A stretch of DNA of 64,000 bases, from positions 153,140,001 through 153,204,000 of the forward strand of contig OZ024742.1 in the NCBI GenBank assembly GCA_964016885.1. The letters are read 5' to 3'. Positions 14,542-27,423 of the stretch are shown here, one piece after another (position 1 is the stretch's first letter; the number at the start of each line of letters is the position of its first letter). The position numbers and the translations under genes were made by a program. The notes below the pieces were generated by a model. It made no database searches. It worked only from the letters and a program-made list of their open reading frames with translations, and was not told the origin of the DNA. Source of the stretch: Eledone cirrhosa (lineage: Eukaryota).

Positions 14542-16985
14542 GGTGACCTACGTAGGAAATCGTATCATCGTGAGCTCCGCAAACGTTTGTTGTTTTCGTT
14601 TGTTTAAAATTGCTATTTATGGAAATTTTTTATTGATAAGGTCACAACATTTGCTTTCGGAAAAGGACACTCAAAAAGATTGGGGCCTTGAGTCCAAAAT
14701 TTAAACTTTTATAATTATCAAACAAAAAATTTGTTTGAAAAATAATGGACGATCACAGCCACACCTTCGTCACAAACTAACACCTCACACCGACACCACC
14801 ATTGTAAATATTACTACGTTTGCCAACAATAAAATGATAAGCAGTAGCAATAATTTAAATTTGTCTCATGCAGACATTCATTTCCCGCCATTACCAGTGA
14901 CTGCAGGTGTTGAAGCCACCACCCCCACCACCATCACCACAGCGATATCGTTGGTGGTCTGGTGGGAGTGGCGCAGACATGCGCCATTCCCGACAGATCC
15001 ATCCACGACAACCTCCACCTCATGCGATACATCGTAGAGAGGGTAGCTAGGACACCTGGCACGGGTGGGTCCTTGATCAATTTAGATCAGTCGAAAGCTT
15101 TCGATAGGGTCGACCATCGTTACCTAGCGTCAATCCTGAGGGCGGCTGTCTTTGGACCCGTCTTCAGGGGCTGGATCGCTGCCATGCACAACGACATCTG
15201 CTCTGTGGTGAGAGTGAACGGTCACCTTTCGGAACCGTTCAACATCATGTGCACGGTCCGCCAAGGATGTCCCCTCTCGTCCTTTTTGTACGTATTGACT
15301 CTCGAGCCATTACTGCACAAACTGGAGACCTTGAGGGGGGTTCCGCGCGAACTAGGATGCGGAAGATCCGTGTCAGCATATGCGGACGATGTCACCGTAG
15401 TGGTATCGAGCGCCAAACACATCGAGGCGATAGGCACTACACTAAGAGAATACGAAGCGGTGTCAGGAGCAATGATCAACCAGGAAAAGTCAGTGGGCCT
15501 GCATCTCGGCACCTGGAGAGGCAGGTCCATGCCGTCCAACAGCGTCGTCGGACGCTTGACGGACGTACCAGTTAAATTGCTAGGGGTCTGGTTCGGTCCG
15601 GATCTCCAGACGGACAAACACTGGGACGAGGTGACGAGCCGGGTGGCTTCTCTCACCCCGAAATGAGCCGAGAGGAAGCTATCCCTGAAAGGTCGAGTGG
15701 AGGTGGCTAACGCGTATATCGCTTCCGTCATCTACAACCGCCTGACCGTCGTACCTTGCCCTAAGCCCCCCCCCCCCCTGCTCTTTCGCTTTTTGTGGAA
15801 GGGACGCGTTCCGATGGTCAGACGGTCCATCTGCTGTGAACACCCGCTACGTGGAGGGCTGGGAATGCCGTGGCTGATGATGCGCAGACAAGCGCTCAGG
15901 CTACGACATCTCCACCTCTTCCTCGACGGTGAACAGGTGTGGTCTCCGTTTGCTAGACACGTCTTTCCCCAGCTCGTCTCCTTGACGGAGCTGCAGTCCT
16001 GGGTCAAGCGAAGACCGAGAGGGAGCGCTTGGAGACTGGAATGTCTTCAGTCGCTCACAGCCCTCAACCAATCGGGCAATGTGATTGGTGGAAACACCAC
16101 CTTGGCGTTCTATAGAGGATTTAGTTGAGGAGAAGAGCGACGACGTACTTGGGGAAACTCTAGGCGTCGACGAAAATCAACTAGCCAATGACTTCGGAAG
16201 AACTTTCGGGCCGGGACCCATGGACAACTTCCAGAAATCCCTGGCCTGGCAGTGCTACCGAGGAGCCTTGCCAGTTCGGGATAAACTCTACAGGCATGGA
16301 GGTGCCGTCAGCCAGGCATGTCCGAGATGCGCGCAGGGCGACGAAACCGTCCTGCACGCACTCGTCCAGTGTCCGAGCATTGTTGACTTATGGGTTTATG
16401 TCGAACACCTGCTGTCGCGTGTAGGACGGATCCGGCTATCAGCTGAGTCCATCGTGAGGATTTTCCCGCCCTCTTCCTTTAGCCGGGAAGGGCAGGCAGT
16501 TTTCATCTGTCTGGTGCACATGGCGAAAGAGATAGTATGGTGGACACATTTGAAAGGGCTGAAGACGAGCACTTACCAATTCGGTGATGTCCTGATTAAA
16601 TTTTTCAAATTTCATTTGAAAAGGAAAATCACGGTAGAATCGGAAGTGCTCTCTTCCCAGAATTTTGTTGAAAGATGTGTGAGATAGGCATGAATGGCCC
16701 GAGTGGATGGGCCTACTCTGAGTATGTGTTTGTAAATTAAAGGTGGAAAACTGGGAGAGGGCACTTGCCCTGGTGGTCAGAGTCACTATGACTTTTTAAT
16801 GGGCTTTCTCCACGAATGTCCCTCGGATGTCTCCCCCCTATTGTGGAGTTTCTTCATTGTTCTATTATTACATCCTCTGTTTCTTGTTTTTTACACGCAG
16901 AAATGCCCATTTGTACCGCCCTGTATTGTCCTGTACTGCCCTTAATGTATACTTCATGTAGACCCTTGTGGTTAATAAAGAAAAC
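14542..16985 (+). mobile_element. Tx1/L1 LINE, copy B: unrelated ~400 bp 5' segment fused to the 3' half of ORF2 plus 3' UTR
   Basis: From ~14948 it aligns with ORF2 of copies A and C (RT through zinc finger, AATAAA 16974-16979). 14542-14947 does not align with the A/C 5' end. Confidence 0.88.
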
Positions 16986-17226
16986 ATTATTATTATTATT
17001 ATTATTATTATTGAATGCCATGGTTGACGGAGGCTCGGCTCTGTAAGGTATATTAATTTTTAACCGTTAAAACAATTGTAAATTGTTTAAAACTTGAACC
17101 AAATTGTTGATAAAGACACCCTCCTCCTCGTGAGAGGGTCTTTCTGTCCGTTATTTGGCCCTTCGGGGTTAAATAACCAGTTATTGGGGTTTTGTACCCA
17201 AAATTTCATTTTAAACAAAAAACAAC

Positions 17227-19324
17227 ATGGCTACGAAAAAGAAATTTCATACGTCACTCCCACTCATTCCGTCTTCTTCTTCCTCAATCATCACTACAGC
17301 AGAGAGAAGATTGTCTCTCTCCCTCCCTTCTTTAAATGTGTCTCTCTCCCTCCCTTCTCTTTCGCAAGTGACGAAAGAAAAGAAAAGTCTCGTGCAAAGC
17401 GTGCAAGGTTTCTTTACGACGACGACGACAGCGACGAAACAGGTGTGCGGGAAATACGAAAACCCAGTTCATTCGTCTGAGGTCAGGAATAATAGCAGTA
17501 GCAGCCGTAATAACAACAGCAACAGTGACAATGAAAACAACAGTAGCAGCCGCAACAGCATCACCAGCAGCATAAACAACAACAGCATCAGCAGCAGCAA
17601 CACCAACAACAACCACAGCAACAGCGGCGGAGGCAGTAGTCGTAGTACCTGCAGCAACAACAAAAGTACCAGCAGCTCTGACGACAACAACAACAGCAGA
17701 GAAAAACCAATCTCATTTGCAGGTATTGCGAAAAACTTGGAAACAATCCTCATAACAAATGAGGAATTAGAGGAAGCGAAGAAGATGGTGACAAAGAACG
17801 GACACCGAGCAATCTGCAAGGCAGCGGAAAAATTTTTCGAAACCCAAGAGCACTGTACGGTCACGTACCGTACAGTAAGTACAAAATCCCGTAGGGTGGA
17901 AAGAGCCACAGAGGCCCAAATACAAAAAGCCTTGGGGTCTGTGTGGCAGCGGAAAACGCACATCACCCGAGGCAAAAAATATGCCACCGTAGACGTACTT
18001 TTTGCCACACCCCAGGTGGCAAAGGCCCAATCAGTAGTGACCCTAAGGAGCGAGGAAATGGTGTTGGTGCCCTCCTACTGCGGGCCTAAAAATTGTGAGG
18101 GTCAAACTGACCCACGTCCCCCCCCGGAATGACCCCTTCTTGGCTGGCCGCGTCTGTCCTCGTCGGAATCGAGGACAAAACAACTGTACTGCAAGTACAG
18201 AAAAAAGTAAGAGAAGATTGGGTCGGCTCCTCCATTGAGATGCTAATCCAAACCAACCAGGAGTGCATCGAAGCTATCCCGGATGTAATAGACTTCGATA
18301 ACGGCACTCAACTGCCCATAAGTGTTGAGGGCAAACGCCCGAAATGCTTTCGCTGTGGATCGAAGACTCATCTCAGGGCCTTCTGCAACGAGAAGACCCT
18401 GAGAAAGGAGAAAACCCCCCTCCTTCCGAATCCGGCTCCACGGCACCAGCAACAGGACAAGCGGCAACCAGGAACGATAGGTCCGTGGCACCCATACCCA
18501 CTCCACGGAAATCAAAAACAGCAGCAGCAGTGGAAATATTAACAACAACAACAGCAATACCAAATGCAGCTGCAACAGAGACTCCAGTGCAAACATCACA
18601 AACAACAACAAGTGAAAGAGTGGAGCTGGTACCCCTCCCCGACCTCACAGAATCAGACATGGAGTGTGAGGTGGGAGAGGGATGGCAAAAGGTCGTAAGA
18701 AGGCACAAGCGCAGAAGCAGCGCATCGTCGCCTTTGAAAAGGGAGGAAAGAAATGAGAAAAGAGTAAAGTCTACTGCAAAGAGACCCACAGCAGCAACAA
18801 CACCAACACCATCACCACCCACACTAGCACCACCATCACCACCGGCGACAACCCCACCGTCAACAACACCTTCAACACCACCACCACAAGCACCAACATC
18901 GCAGACACAACAACAAAACACACACACCCAGCAACAACGACAAGAAAATAGCAGAACCACACCCCACCCCCAGAAAAACAAATGCACGGCAATAAATACA
19001 CACAACAAGAAACTAATGACTTACATAATTGAACACACAGACATTTCACAACAGGACTACATAATACCAGCACCAATCAAAACGCCAACTAACATAAGAC
19101 TGCTAAAAATAGCACAGAAACAATACACAAACATTAAAACGAAATTCCCCAACGCAGTTGGTGATTTCAGGGACCTAGGAGGAACCATCAATCGAAGAGT
19201 ATACTCAGACATTCTCTTAGAAGAGCCGACGACCAGCCGAAGGGACGATTCAACGGTCCCTTCACCAGACGATCAAGTGAAAAGGGATGTAAAAACCATC
19301 CCTCATCTACCAAAAGTACGGTAA
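17227..19324 (+). pseudogene. Tx1 ORF1 with CCHC knuckle, three 1-nt indels and no true internal stops seen
   Basis: ORF pieces 17227-18132, 18129-18542 and 18344-19324 join into one protein homologous to copy A. Confidence 0.85.
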
Positions 19325-19359
19325 GTGGTCTTTCCCATCATTTCCACTCTATTTTAAAC

Positions 19360-22300
19360 ATGACCTCACTCAGAATAGGCAGCATAAATGCGCGTGGCTT
19401 GGGGTCGTCATGGAAGCAGGGTCACCTGCTCAACGACCTCAGGTCACTAAACATAGATGTAGTGGCCATCAGCGAGACCAGAATCTCCGAAGCACGGGCC
19501 TTCGCCCCGATCTTCGGCGGCTACGATGTGTACGCATCTCCCAGCCGTCCTGGATCCGGTGGAGGAGTTGCTGTGCTTTTTCGGAGAGTTTGGATCTCGC
19601 CATACGGGCCATCTTCCTGGACCCAGAGGGTAAGCTGGTGGTGCTGGACGTGACCAGTGGAGACGGGCAAGCTTTCAGGCTAGTGGCCGTCTATGCCCCG
19701 ACAGGAGCAGGGCGGCCTGATTTCTTCCGGCGTGTGGAGACCTTTCTTGGAACGTCCCGCTCTTTAGTGTTAGTGGGCGACTGGAACGGGATCTTAGATG
19801 CACGCTGGGACTGTGTGGGATTAGCGGATAGGGGTGGAGGGTGCAAGAGCCTCACCAACCTGCTCAGGCGTTTTGAACTGTCTGACAGGTACCGATTGAA
19901 TTTCACGAATGTGCCAATGTGGACTTGGACAAACCCCATAGGGTCATCCAGATCATATCTAGATAGAGTATTTTGTAGAGAAATAGATAGGTCTAGCATA
20001 GGCTGTCCACAATTCAAGATAGTCAGCTACACGGACCACAAATTCGTGATCTGTGTGCTTGACTTAGATAGGCTTCATAGACGAGGACCCGGCTACTGGA
20101 AGCTAAACGCGTCCTTACCAGCGCGCAAGGCCTACAGAGACCGGATTAGCGAACTAGTTAAGCGGGCGTTGACGGGGGCCATCGTCAACAACAAGTGGTG
20201 GTTTGCTCTGAAAAGAGCGATTAGAATAGAATCGATTAGGTTTAGTAAGGCTTTAGCAATAGAGAAAAATAGAGCAGAGGGAGAACTAGTTAGAAAATTA
20301 GACGAGGCGCTTAGCAAAGGCATTGCGACCGACGTGCTTGCGGCGAAATTGGCCCTTGACCAATTCTTCAATGCAAAGCACGAAGGCTGCGTTGTCAGAG
20401 CTAGGGTGCGTGCTCTCAGACACGAGGGGACGAAAGCCGTTCAATGGGCCCGAGTGGCGGAGGCGCGTCGTGGCAACAAAGCCACGATCCGGTCTTTGGT
20501 GGACCACGACGGGCGCATGCTACTCGATCCCGGGCAAATGTGTGAAGCTTTTCAGCGACACTTCGCTCAGTTGTTCGGGGGCAGCGGAGGGCCGGGTAGA
20601 GGGATGGACTTTAGTGTCTACCTCGACGGACTGCCGCGGCTCTCGGCCACTGAGGCGAAGTGTTGCGAAAAGCCGATAACAGCCGCTGAAGTAAGGGAGG
20701 CAATGACTGGCTGCACAAGGGGTAAATCGCCTGGTTTGGATGGTCTGCCCTATGAACTTTACGTACAGATGCCAGACTTGTTCGGAGGCCTCTTGGCGGA
20801 CGTCTACTGCAACTGGCAACAGAACGGAAGAATTCCCAGTTCTGTGAGCCGAGGAGCGGTGGCACTGCTGAGAAAGGATCCGAACAAGGGGGATAACATA
20901 GAAAATTTCCGGCCCATAACTCTGCTAAACACAGAGTTTAAGATATTGGCTAAGGTGCTAGCAAAGAGGTTGGCGCTTGTCGTTGGTGGTCTGGTGGGAG
21001 AGGCGCAGACATGCGCCATTCCAGACAGATCCTTCCACGACAACCTCCACCTCATGCGATACATCGTAGAGAGGATAGCTAGGGAACCTGGCACGGGTGG
21101 GTCCTTGATCAATTTAGATCAGTCGAAAGCTTTCGATAGGGTCAACCATCGTTACCTAGCGGCAGTCCTGAGAGCGGCTGGCTTTGGGCCCGTCTTCAGA
21201 GGCTGGATCGCTGCCATGCACAGCGACATCTGCTCTGTGGTGAGAGTGAACGGTCACCTGTCGGAACCGTTCAACATCATGCGCTCGGTCCGCCAAGGAT
21301 GTCCCCTCTCGTCCCTCTTGTACGTATTGACTCTCGAGCCATTACTGCACAAACTGGAAACGTTGAGGGGAGTCCCGCGCGAACTAGGATGCGGAAGATC
21401 CGTGTCAGCATATGCGGACGATGTCACCGTAGTGGTGTCGAACGCCAAACACATCGAGGCGATCGGCAATACACTAAGAGAATACGAAGTGGTGACAGGA
21501 GCAATGATCAACCAGGAAAAGTCAGTGGGCCTGCAGCTCGGCACCTGGAGAGGCAGGTCCATGCCGTCCAACAGCGTCGTCGGACGCTGGACGGACGGAC
21601 CGGTTAAATTGCTAGGGGTCTGGTTCGGCCCGGACCTCCAGACGGACAAAAACTGGGACGAGGTGACGAGCAGGGTGGCTTCTCTCACCCAGAAATGGGC
21701 GGAGAGGAAGCTATCCCTGAAAGGTCGAGCGGAGGTGGCTAACGCGTACATCGCGTCTGTCATCTGCTACCGCTTGACCGTCGTACCTTGTCCTAAGCCC
21801 CGCCTGACTGCGCTGGAGCGTTTGCTCTTTCGCTTTTTGTGGAAGGGACGTGCTCCGATGGTCAGGCGGTCCATCTGTTGTCAACACCCGCTACGTGGAG
21901 GGCTGGGCATGCCGTGGCTGATGATGCGCAGGCACGCGCTCAGGCTACGACATCTCCACCTCTTCCTCGACGGTGGTCAGGTGTGGTCGCCGTTTGCTAG
22001 GCGCGTATTTCCCCAGCTCGTTTCCTTGACGGAGCTGCAGTCCTGGGTCAAGCGAAGACCGAGAGGGAGCGCCTGGAGACTGGAATGTCTTCAGGCGCTC
22101 ACAGCCCTCGACCAATCGGCCAATGTGATCGGGGGAAACTCCACCTCGGCGTTCTGTAGAGGATTAGTGGAGGGGAAGAGCGACGACGTACTTGGGGAAA
22201 CTCTAGGCGTCGACGAAAATCAACTAGCCAATCTCTTCGGAAGAACTTTCGGGCCAGGGCCTATGGACAACTTCCAGAAATCTCTGGCCTGGCAGTGCTA

Positions 22301-22778
22301 CCGAGGAGCCTTGCCAGTTCGGGATAAACTCTACAGGCATGGAGGTGCCGTCAGCCGGGCATGTCCGAGATGCGCGCAGGGCGACGAAACCGTCCTGCAC
22401 GCACTCGTCCAGTGTCCGAAAATTGCTGACTTGTGGGTTTATGTCGAACACCTGCTGTCGCGTTTAGGACGGATCCAGCTATCATCTGAGTCCTTCGTGA
22501 GGATTGCCCCGCCCTCCTCCTTTAGCCGGGAAGGGCAGGCAGTTTTTATCTGTCTGGTGGCCATGGCGAAAGAGATAGTATGGTGGACACGTTTGAAAGG
22601 GCTGAAGACGAGCACTTACCTCTTCGGTGATGCTCTGATTGACTTTTTCAAATTTCATTTGAAAAGGAAAATCAGAGTAGAGAGGGAAGTGCTCTCTTCC
22701 CAGCATTTTGTTGAAAGATGGGTGAGAGAAGCAAGAATGGCCCGAGTGAATGGGCCTACTCTGAGTATATATCTGTAA
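19360..22778 (+). CDS. Tx1 ORF2 APE-RT polyprotein (~1140 aa), open except for one 1-nt deletion near 19589
   Basis: The 19360 frame (MTSLRIGSINARGL) switches into the 1122-aa ORF. All APE, RT (YADD) and zinc finger motifs are present. Confidence 0.9.
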
Positions 22779-23020
22779 ATTAAAGGTGGAAAACTGGGAG
22801 AGGGCACTTGCCCTGGTGGTCTGGGCCACTGTGGTCTTTTAATGGACTTTCTCCACAAATGTCCCTTGGAAGTCTCCCTCCTATTGGGGAATTTTTCTTT
22901 GTTATTTTATTTCAACCTCTGTTTTTTTACACGCAGAAATGCCCATTTGTACCGTCCTGTATTGTCCTGTACTGTCCTTAATGTCTACTTTATGTGAACC
23001 CTTGTGGTTAATAAAGAAAA

Positions 23021-23061
<41 letters not shown>

Positions 23062-23098
23062 GTTACATTAAATTATAATTACACTCGTTATTCCTCAC

Positions 23099-23280
23099 AT
23101 ATACTGGAACTATGTTGACTTTCTTTAGATAACGTCTTCCTTGTGAAATGTGTGGTCTTGTCTTTGCTTTACTAATGAATATTTCCAGCACTGTGCATCT
23201 AATCTCTGCATGAACCCAGCCATCTAGCTGCCTTCCACTGCTCATTGCACATTGAGCACATGCATTTACGCTTTTGGCTT
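23099..23280 (-). CDS. Candidate internal coding exon of an unidentified host gene
   Basis: ttttttag acceptor and gtgag donor bracket 182 nt with one open frame (AKSVNACAQCAMSSGRQLDGWVHAEIRCTVLEIFISKAKTRPHISQGRRYLKKVNIVPVY). No homology recognised. Confidence 0.4.
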
Positions 23281-23327
23281 CTAAAAAATTAACCAATCTT
23301 CAAATTTAAGATTTGTTTACTCTTGAA

Positions 23328-23367
<40 letters not shown>

Positions 23368-23689
23368 TAAATTATTAAGATAAAATATTTCCTCTTCAAT
23401 ATGAAAGAAACACTGGAGCGTATTAACAGTTTGTCAATCTTGAGATAAAATTCAGAGATAAAAGCTTTCATACCCAGTTTGAAAGAAACACATCTTACAA
23501 CTAATGTCTGTGAAATTGTATGTACTACACTTGAGAAGAATACGTATGCGTGGTTGTTTCCTTGAACGTTATGTCTATATAGTAATCTATTATATCAAAG
23601 CTCGGGTTTTGTAATGTAAAATTTTTCACACTGTAAAACAGATAAGGAAACTGTCAGTTTTTGAATGTATTACTAATAACACAAACTCA

Positions 23690-23794
23690 TTCACACATAC
23701 ATACACACACGCACACTCATACATACATCTATCTATCTATCTATCTATCTCTCTCTATCTCTCTCTATATATATATATATGTATATATATATAT

Positions 23795-23876
<82 letters not shown>
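23690..23876. repeat. Compound (CA)n/(TCTA)n/(TA)n/(GA)n microsatellite
   Basis: Direct sequence. Confidence 0.95.
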
Positions 23877-23878
<2 letters not shown>

Positions 23879-24346
23879 AAACACAAAAAAGGGTATATTT
23901 TCAATTACAAGGGGTAGAGAACCACTAGCCTGAAGAACATAAAGTCTACAAAAACTGTGGAAAATCATAATATAGTAAATGGAGCAGTGCTGAATATATT
24001 TTTAATCCCGTTAGTAAAATAAGTTGGATTACTATGAATAAATAATGAATGAATATTACATCATTCCTGCATTCAATTTCGTAGCTTTTCATTAAACATA
24101 ACTATTCTTATATATTATCATTCCTTATTTTAAGAATCACTTCTTTTAAGATTTTCAAATGTCAATACCTCCGCTTATATAAACGTTCATATATTTGCAC
24201 CGTTATATCATAACGTTTATATTTCCGTCGCCAATTTTTTTGGCTGTTTCGTTTTCATTACATTTACACGTATGTATCATGGATTACTTTACTGATTACA
24301 GAAGATAGTGTAACACAATCACTCTTCATTTTCTGTGCATATTTTC

Positions 24347-24684
24347 AAATGCGATTTTATTTGACGTATCATATATATTTGCGTATAATTTCAATATATA
24401 ACTACACATGCTAGCAGAAAACCACCAGCCGGGTAGTTTTTCTGCTAGTACATAGTAATTAAAAAGTTAACTTAAATATATACATATATACATACAAATA
24501 TATATATATATATAAATATATATATATATATTTGTATGTATATATGCATATATATTTAAGTTACCTTTTTAATTACTATGTACTAGCAGAAAAACTACCC
24601 TGCTGGTGGTTTTCTGCTAGCATGTGTAGTTATATATTGAAATTATACGCAAATATATATGATACGTCAAATAAAATCGCATTT
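24347..24684. repeat. Inverted repeat, ~135 bp arms around a TA-rich spacer; each arm has its own hairpin
   Basis: 24347-24482 is the near-perfect reverse complement of 24549-24684. Internal hairpin ctagcagaaaa..ttttctgctag. Confidence 0.9.
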
Positions 24685-24710
24685 ATGATCCGTCAAATAC
24701 AATCGCATTT

Positions 24711-24758
<48 letters not shown>

Positions 24759-25031
24759 AGATCAACAGATAGTTAAATGAGTTCCATGGATTTTATTATG
24801 CGCATTTCAAAAAATATCATCATGCAATAACATTTGTGTTTTCATCAGATACAATCGGAAGACATGATATGAAGGTTAAAAACACTTGTGGATAGTGCAG
24901 TTTTAAATCAACATATTTCAACCATCTTTTGATCTTATATATTATGTATACTCTAGTCCTACAAACTGTAGAGTGCTTCTCATCCGATATCTGCATTGCT
25001 TTATTGTACTACAATAAAACTCACCTCCTAC

Positions 25032-25166
<135 letters not shown>

Positions 25167-25330
25167 GATAACAGGTTATCGTTTTAGGCAGTCCACTTAG
25201 ATGTAGTCCAGTTGAGTACTCCGTGTAGTGGATGGTAATAACGTGTGGCTTAGTGTGACTCAACAAGACTTTTCCATAGTGATGCGGCCAGTTCGCGGTG
25301 ATTTCTATGTAGTTTATACTTGGAGTAATA

Positions 25331-25653
25331 ATAATTCAAGAAAGAAGAGTGACATGATTTGCTATACAATAAGGGCTTTATTCACATTGCTGACAATTGT
25401 TTCTTTGATCTGGTAGGTCTAGAGTTCGCTACTCAATCTATCTCCAATACTTTGTTTGTAACTAGACGTTTTCATCAGAGCACGCATGCTCTGATGAAAA
25501 CGTCTAGTTACAAACAAAGTATTGGAGATAAATTGACGCAAAATCAAGCGAGTAGCGAAGTCTAGACCTACCAGATCAAAGAAACAATTGTCAGCAATGT
25601 GAATAAAGCACTTATTGTATAGCAAACCATGTCACTCTTCTTTCTTGAATTAT
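25331..25653. repeat. ~320 bp fold-back palindrome ending in (TA)n
   Basis: Arms are reverse-complementary about the loop cgca (25483-25486), with a few mismatches and one ~15 nt indel. Confidence 0.92.
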
Positions 25654-25964
25654 ATATATATATATATCAACTAGAAATCGATTGACATATATATATCTAA
25701 AATAAACACATGAAACAATCACAGGGGATAATTTGTAAAGTGTGTAACCACACACAGCTAGTTAAATCTTCTCCCTTGTTGAACAATTGGGATTTGACTA
25801 CTGTGATTTTCGGATTAATTTTGAAATATATTTCTTTAATGAAATATATACAGGGAAGATATATATATATATGTGTGTGTGTAAAAGGTAAACAGAAATA
25901 ACAACACAATCTGTACAGTATATGGAAGGTATATATTAGGGTAACGCTTGATATAGCAGGAAGA

Positions 25965-26000
25965 GGGTCTTAACGTTTCGGACGCTAGTCCTTCATCGTT
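25965..26000 (-). ncRNA. Degenerate minimal hammerhead-like motif (probable PLE pseudo-LTR remnant)
   Basis: Minus strand reads acgatga-aggac-tagc-gtcc-gaaac-gttaa: stem II plus GAAAC, with an imperfect CUGAUGA core. Confidence 0.45.
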
Positions 26001-26269
26001 GAAAGAATGAGAATTAAAATAGATTAAGGTGATGGGCTGAATGGAATTGGAAAAATGTCTTTAGATGAAAATAATAGATTATTCATGTTGACATCTCTTG
26101 CAAATCTGTTGGTGCTGGCGTTTTGTGTATGGTTTTTTTTTTTAGAAAAGTGGATGATGGCGCGCGTTTAGCTGAAATGGAAAAAAAAAAACGTTTTGTA
26201 GAAAGAGCTATACTTGAGCATGTGCGTAAGCGTGAGTGTATAGTGTATATATATTATATATTCTGAAAC

Positions 26270-26342
<73 letters not shown>

Positions 26343-27019
26343 CTGTGTGTGTGTGCGTGTGAAATCTCATGACATTCATTATGAAATCTCATGATATTCA
26401 TTCAGCATGACTGAGGGAATATATTTCATACGAAATTTTGTCAGTTGAGAAGCGTCTATAAACTGAGATTATTAAAAGAATTCCTAGACAAAAATGCTTC
26501 CTAGAGGGTATTTAATCTGATAAGAACCTATTTGTTGAGTTCGTCCAATCGACCTGATCCTTATTTTTCAAAGTTTTCGGTCAATTAGTGTTATGAATCT
26601 TACTTATTCCAACATACTTTTCTCTATGTGTGAGCCGATAAAAAAATTGTAGAGGGAATACAGGGAATTGCATTGCTCAAGCTTAATTGTTCATATATAG
26701 ATTTGTCCATATTATATAATCTGACCATTGAATCGAAGAATTAGTCATACAACTTTAATGGTACTCATTTCTGTGTCATTAGATAATTCACATTATATTA
26801 AAAAAATTTAATGAATATATCTCCTCATAATACAACAATTACGCGATATATGATAAATAACGCACGTGTTTTGTTTGATTAATGAAAAGTCCTTTCATGT
26901 ACATATTCAACTGACATATTAATTTTAGATTTTAAGTTCTCCTACAGAATAGCATTATCTATTAGTTGCTTAGACAATCTCAGGGAATCGAAGTCTTGCA
27001 ACTCACTCCCTTATATGTA

Positions 27020-27423
27020 TGAGAGAAGGGCGTTGTATTGGCAGTTTCAGTAGTTTCAGACACCCTGTTTTGCAGCATAGAGTTATGGCGCTTTACGTTC
27101 TGTGTACAAATCCACCCGAGGCTAACTTTGCCTTTCATCCTTACAAGGTCAATATTCAAACAAAATTTAATAATAATTGTACATACAATCAACAAAAAAT
27201 TGTGAGCCAACGTAGGAGGTTTGAAATGAATGCTCCAACTGTTAGAAATAGTAGCCAAATCTTCTTCAATCACACTATATAGTTTCTAATTTAGAATTAG
27301 AATATTTAATAAATTAGTCCAACACCTATTAAAAAGACAGGATGAACAGGACCGGAATATATTTGTTTGAAAGCCTAATATATCCAGTTTCACCAGGGTC
27401 GAAATAACAGCAACAACAATAAT
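27020..27423 (+). mobile_element. tRNA-derived SINE, long variant, diverged
   Basis: Shared core aactttgcctttcatccttac..ggtc after a degenerate B box. Ends in a (caa/taa) tail. Confidence 0.6.

Larger units (their letters stand above)
17013..23021 (+). mobile_element. Tx1/L1 LINE, copy C, full length, nearly intact
   Basis: 5' UTR, ORF1, ORF2, 3' UTR, AATAAA 23010-23015, then (ATT)n 23022-23060. Confidence 0.95.

Noticed and set aside
9290-19600. Programmed frameshifting in Tx1 ORF1/ORF2, since both copies break in similar regions
   Set aside because: Base-level comparison shows the indels are mostly at different positions in A and C. Only one C8 run is shared, which homopolymer error or common ancestry explains.
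8627-22858. Minus-strand and alternate-frame ORFs recurring in all Tx1 copies
   Set aside because: Shadows of GC-rich ORF1/ORF2. They recur only because the copies are near-identical.
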